Assembly (NCBI RefSeq): GCF_964355755.1
Contig: NC_092677.1
Span: 27,825,175-27,889,174 of the forward strand
Direction of reading: 5' to 3'
DNA length: 64,000 bases
Source of the DNA: Antedon mediterranea
Taxonomy: Eukaryota; Animalia; Echinodermata
The position numbers and the translations under genes are program-made. The notes under the pieces are model-generated. The model had not been told where the DNA came from. It did not search any database and saw only the letters and a list, made by a program, of their open reading frames with translations. Shown here piece after piece: positions 63,701 through 64,000 of the stretch (the first letter of the stretch is position 1; every line of letters starts with the position of its first letter).

Positions 63701-64000
63701 GGTAACGTACGAACATCGTACGCTAGCTATATACCTAGCCTGACGTTGTATAGTTGCTGCATTAATTGTCTTTCTATTTTCGCCAGACTCCGTTAATACA
63801 AATTGGGGGAAACCCGGTTTTTTCGCTGAAAAGCTAGGAGTCTTCCATTTGTTTTGGCCTCACGATCGATCGAAAAGTGGGTGAATTACAGAAGAAAAAC
63901 AAAAATATCAATCCGCGCGCAATGCATTTTGGGATTTATAGCGGGCCGCTATAATTATTAGAATTGACTTATTTTTCACATTTTTAACCGTTTAAAGACG

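Overview
AT-rich, intron-rich animal genomic DNA; the repeat content suggests a marine invertebrate deuterostome, possibly an echinoderm (inference). Genes were rebuilt by hand from GT-AG exons. (1) Minus strand, 677-737: a signal-peptide exon of a gene that runs off the left edge. (2) Minus strand, 2361-18144: a secreted, probably GPI-anchored alpha-carbonic anhydrase with 8 exons. Its 13-kb first intron holds an intact two-ORF CR1/L2-group LINE, an L1/Tx1 fragment with target-site duplication, SINEs and a minisatellite. (3) Minus strand, 21081-42276: a 32-exon type I membrane protein with signal peptide, 29 one-exon EGF modules, a basic convertase-type site, a TM helix and a short tail. (4) Plus strand, 48183-49289: an aminergic (histamine H3/H4-like) GPCR in one ORF. 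(5) Minus strand, 50508-58159: a transglutaminase with 15 coding exons. The most notable signal is in the EGF protein. Twenty-one consecutive modules carry two extra cysteines, the module before the run carries only the C-terminal extra Cys, and the module after it carries only the hairpin extra Cys. This is the pattern expected if each EGF is disulfide-stapled to the next, giving a covalently locked rod. All calls come from reading the sequence; no database searches were run.
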